A stretch of DNA of 64,000 nt from Chrysomallon squamiferum (lineage: Eukaryota > Animalia > Mollusca), in contig CM022666.1 in assembly GCA_012295275.1 (NCBI GenBank), forward strand, positions 2,108,001 through 2,172,000. The letters are read 5' to 3'. The translations under genes were made by a program, and so were the position numbers. Position 1 is the stretch's first letter. Every line of letters begins with the position of its first letter. Of this stretch, positions 59,341 to 64,000 are shown piece after piece. The notes beneath the pieces were generated by a model. The model was not told the DNA's origin and searched no databases. It worked only from the letters and a program-made list of their open reading frames with translations.

Positions 59341-59814
59341 GATTATTCATTCTACAATTAGTTCAAGGTATTCAGTGTTATTGATGTGGAGTATAATTGT
59401 GCTAATACAGTGCGACTTTAAACAGATGAGCTTTACACATCGTAGTAATATGAACTGGAGTATTCAGAAATCAACGATAAGCTACTTGTTGCAGACGACT
59501 GGAATAAATTACGTTACAATAATAAAAACCGCCTCTTAGCGAGCTATTACGGCTATCGAAGCATGAGAATGCACCTTAAAGAAATCTGATGCAACCACTT
59601 GCGTAATCGTCTAGTCTAATTTGTATGTCGGGGGAAGAGAAGGGATGGGGAGAGAAGGGGCGGGGGAGCTCGTCAGACCACACCGAAACGCGACATTATT
59701 CTTGACACATTTATGAGCTGCATGAAGCACTACGGGCGAAAGTAGGTCAAGCTAAAAATAAGTTGACACGTTGTCATGCCAAATGAAATCGTCTAGCTAA
59801 CGAAGTACTTTTTA

Positions 59815-59898
<84 letters not shown>
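59815..59898. repeat. Perfect 84-bp palindrome (AAT)14(ATT)14
   Basis: Direct reading; centre at 59856/59857. Confidence 0.9.
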
Positions 59899-59901
<3 letters not shown>

Positions 59902-60289
59902 CTTTTGCTTCATTTAGTATATTTTTTTTTATTTGATTTATTTATTCCATTTATATATATATATATATTTACATGTCATTTGAACAACATCCTGAAAGAA
60001 TAGGTAAATTAACGTAATAATAATGATTCATTACACGCTGCAGCATTTGTTTGCGTCACCGTGGTTGTTGTTGTTGTTGTTGTTGTTTTTTTGCGCATGT
60101 TCGGGTTATTGCTCCGTGTTCATTTGACTTAGATACAAAACTGCCTTTATCTTTGTGACAGCTTAATTAAGCTGGACCATTTTGGATGCACGAGATTTGT
60201 GACGCATTCGGCCAAGTCGAAGTAAAAACGAAGAAGTTGTTGTAACGGGAACATATTTAGTAACAGAACGGTAAATTATATGTAAGAAT

Positions 60290-60363
<74 letters not shown>

Positions 60364-60419
60364 AAACATGTACGATCGATCACTGCCTTCAACATAAACT
60401 TGAGATAAAAACAGCGGTA

Positions 60420-60618
60420 GATTCCAGACATTAAACCGGAAACGACAGTTTCTGATTTATGACACGGTCACGGGTCATTGACTTTATAACGATTTGTTTT
60501 TGCGACTTTTCTCAAGGATGCAGATGAAGTGAATACTTCCGATAATTGTGGGTGTATATATATACTAGATAATTTAGGTACTGAAAATTTCTACGCTGCG
60601 TTACTTACTTCGCCTTTG
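60420..60618 (+). other. Putative non-coding first exon of gene 4
   Basis: CpG-rich unique sequence ending in a consensus donor TTG|GTAAGT at 60619, 1.36 kb upstream of the 61975 acceptor. CpG density falls shortly afterwards. The start coordinate is approximate. Confidence 0.5.
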
Positions 60619-60625
60619 GTAAGTT

Positions 60626-60669
<44 letters not shown>

Positions 60670-61043
60670 ACGCGTGCGTATGCGTGTGCGCGTGTTTTTT
60701 TTTCTGTCAAGAAATAGAAATGTATGAGTTACGATTTAACACACAAGAGGTTAATGACCTACGATAATTTATATTTTTATATATATATATAATATTTATA
60801 AAAAAAAACACCAACAGAAGTATAATTCTTATATATTAAATGATATTTTATGATGTTCATCTTGACAGTAAATATATTTATAATTAATTGTATGTGGAAG
60901 TGATCAGTTCTTGTCACAACTCAAATATATTTGTATGTATGGATGGATGAATGGAAAGACGGTGTGAATGAATATCTACTTGAAAGTGTGTATGTATGTG
61001 GGTTTTTTTGTTTGTTTTTTGTGAATGTTTATGTATATTTAAG

Positions 61044-61089
<46 letters not shown>

Positions 61090-61725
61090 AAGACTGAAAT
61101 TGCACCAAAAGTTAATGGTTTTCAGTTAAGAGTTGTTACAAAAATATAGCTATGAATGTAAGAAGTAATACTATCATGACCTCGTTAGTTATGGGATCAA
61201 ATGGCAGCTTTTGTAAGTGTATTTTTAAACAGTGATATTCTGTTGTCTTGCTTTGATTGAAGCAGTGATATGTCACTGAAAACAATAAAATGGTAACTTA
61301 CAACTATATATTTTTTTTAAATTATTTTTATTATTATTATTTTTATTTATTTATTTATTTATTTTTATTTTTTTTTACCATTTATACATTTATATTTCAT
61401 ATACATCTTATACAGATAGCTTGAAGGATTTTTTTTATATATAATATCTTTAATAAATGTGTGCATATAATAGTGCATTGTGTATGCAAAACAATCTGAA
61501 AATTAAAATATCACAATTTCTTCTGTTAAAAAGAAGTTTTGGACTTCACAGCTTTTCATATAAGGGGTCCTCCACCTGTAACAACAACAACAACAACAAC
61601 AACAATAATAATAATAATAACAACAACAACAACAACAGTAACAATGATGATGATTATAATAATGATAATAATAATAATTAGTAGTAGTAGTAGTAGTAGT
61701 ATTAATACTGTCACTACTATTTTTG

Positions 61726-61760
<35 letters not shown>

Positions 61761-61985
61761 TTATTATTATTACAGTAACAATAATTTTGTAATCAATTTA
61801 AAGAAAATATCGTGTGTTTTTTTGGTGTTTTTTAAATTTTTATTTATTTATTTTGTATGTTTTTGTGTTTTTTAGATTTTTATTTATTTATTTATTTACA
61901 TATTTATTTTGTATGTTTTTGTGTTTTTTACATTTTTATTTATTTATTTATGTATTTTTTGTTTTTCGTTCCAGGTTGAGCTGTC

Positions 61986-62389
61986 ATGTATAATTTCAGC
62001 AGCACTGGCGACTCCGGTCATCAGATGGACGCTCACTACGTGGACGGCCACCACATCAGCGAGCAGATGGCAACACTAGGGGCAGCCATGACTGCGTCGT
62101 TACATCCGTCAACAAAACAGGTAACTTTAACCATGACGATGATGACAACGATGATGATGACGATACTGAAGTTATTTTTGTCTTTTGTTACTGTTGTTGT
62201 TATGATATTTTAATTATTAATAGAATTATGATGATGATGATGGTGATGATGATGATGATGAAGTTGTTATATTCATTGTTGTTGTTATAATTTTAATGTC
62301 ATCATCATCATCAGTGATTTTGCTATCATGATCATTTGCATCCTCATTAATTTGATTATTATTATTTTTATTTATTATTTTTATTATTA

Positions 62390-62420
<31 letters not shown>

Positions 62421-62592
62421 CTGAAACAAAAGGTTGCAAGGAAAGTAACAAAAATACGGCTGCATGTCCACCATTTCAAAGCCTTTTTGTTTCTACAACT
62501 TGAAATTTGTCACTGATTTCAGCATTATTTTTTGAAAATATTACACAAATCCCTTCTTATCACACATACACATACACACATACATACATACA

Positions 62593-62626
<34 letters not shown>

Positions 62627-62792
62627 CACACTAGTATCCTGCTTAGCATCCAGAGTGAAAGACAGGATAATTTTATTTGATGAAGGATACAGGATTACAA
62701 ACAGCTGTGAAAGTTGAAAGTCCCAGAAGATTGTTACAGATGTTTTAAATATGCACAGAATTTTTTTTTTTTTTTTTTTAACAGATTCAAAT

Positions 62793-62831
<39 letters not shown>

Positions 62832-63151
62832 CTACAGTGATTCAGATTTAGATAGTTTTAGCAGATTAAATTGCTGTTTGAAATACTAGATGGTAATTAC
62901 TCCCATCATCATTTTTTTTTTTTTTTTTTGTGCTGAGTCATTTTCTTAATATCAAAGGTTGTGTATTTTACATTTTAAAAGCAAGCAGATTTTGTTTGTT
63001 TTCGGAAGTGCCTTGGTAATTTCTTTTCCATGATTTATTTTTTGGGGTGTGGGGAAGGCATTTGTCATTTTTATAATTACCTAGGTGTGGTGGGTGTATG
63101 CATGTACTAATCCTGGGTTAATTTTATCTATTTTAAAAAATGGATGGTTTT

Positions 63152-63190
<39 letters not shown>

Positions 63191-64000
63191 GTTTAATTAC
63201 ATTTATTGTATTATTTTATTTTTTAATTATTTTTTAATTTTAATTTTTCTTAAATTTTTTTTTTTTTTAATTATTTTATTGTCATCTTAATTACAGGTTT
63301 TATACTAACCTGTGCTTGTTTCATCTGTTCTCAGGTTGCATATCAAATGCCAGGACAACACATGGCAGCAGCAGGTTTAAATAATGCAGCATTATATAGC
63401 AGAATGAAACAGCAGCATCAACAACAACAACAGCAGCAGCAGCAGCAGCAACAACAACAGCATCACCGTTACCCAGGATACAGCAGCTCTCAAGCGAGTC
63501 TGGCAACAGTGCACCCATCAGCTGCTGCCTCAATGATGGAAACTGTGAGTGCACCTCAGAGACTGATCACAGAAGCCATGATGCGCTCAAAGTCTCTACA
63601 CAGACTTGCAGCTGGACAGATGATCCACAGTTCAGGAGCTTCGCAGAGGACCGGAGGACATCCAGGACTAAATCCAGCGTATTCTTCAGCGTCACAGATT
63701 CCTGGCGGAATAAGTCAAGGGATGCCAACTCACTCCTCTGCCCACCAGAGGCGAGACAGTGGTGGTAGTGGTGGTGCTGGTGGTGGTGGTGGTGGTGGTG
63801 GTGGTATGAGTCACCAGAGTTCCTCATCTTTCACCTCAAGGACAGATGATGCACACATCAAACAGTGGTTGTTGTTCCTTCTTCAGTGGCATTTGCCAAG
63901 CAGTATCAGCAGCAGCAGCAGCATCAAGGATCACTGATGCACAGTGCTGCATCGAGTTGTGATGATTCTGCAGCTGCTTTTGCAACATCATCCAGCATGA
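61986..64000 (+). CDS. Unidentified protein with low-complexity Q/G/S/A-rich N-terminus, 3'-partial
   Basis: Exon 61975-62120 (acceptor TTCCAG, ATG at 61986, donor CAG|GTAACT, phase 0) joins in frame to the exon starting 63335 (branch point TACTAAC at 63303-63309, acceptor TCTCAG): MYNFSSTGDSGHQMDAHYVDG...STKQ|VAYQMPGQHM...polyQ...polyG. No recognisable domain in the window. The reading frame is ambiguous after about 63830. Confidence 0.7.

Noticed and set aside
61660-61772. (AGT)n ... (ACT)n inverted microsatellites
   Set aside because: Imperfect and likely by chance given the repeat density.

Overview
AT-rich, microsatellite-dense animal genomic DNA; an invertebrate, possibly a mollusc, but that taxon is a guess. 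Nearly all ORFs in the track are simple-repeat artefacts. I reconstructed four spliced genes by hand. (1) The 3' ten coding exons of UXS1 (+, 1783-8998). (2) A complete 4-exon TRAPPC1/Bet5 (-, 16393-14451, 145 aa) whose second intron looks U12-type. (3) A 25-coding-exon centrobin (CNTROB) orthologue (+, 17913-33244), head-to-head with TRAPPC1 as I recall for human, with one 1-nt frame break near 26530. (4) The 5' part of an unidentified Q/G/S-rich protein gene (+, from 61986). Between CNTROB and gene 4 lies a ~25 kb CpG-retaining non-coding domain rich in CRE (TGACGTCA) sites, GA/TC tracts and candidate first exons. The most unusual signals are a ~100-nt antisense copy of a CNTROB 3' splice site and exon start placed 2.5 kb upstream in the same pre-mRNA, repeated tandem duplications anchored on splice donors, and the CRE cluster. 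All coordinates and counts were read by eye.
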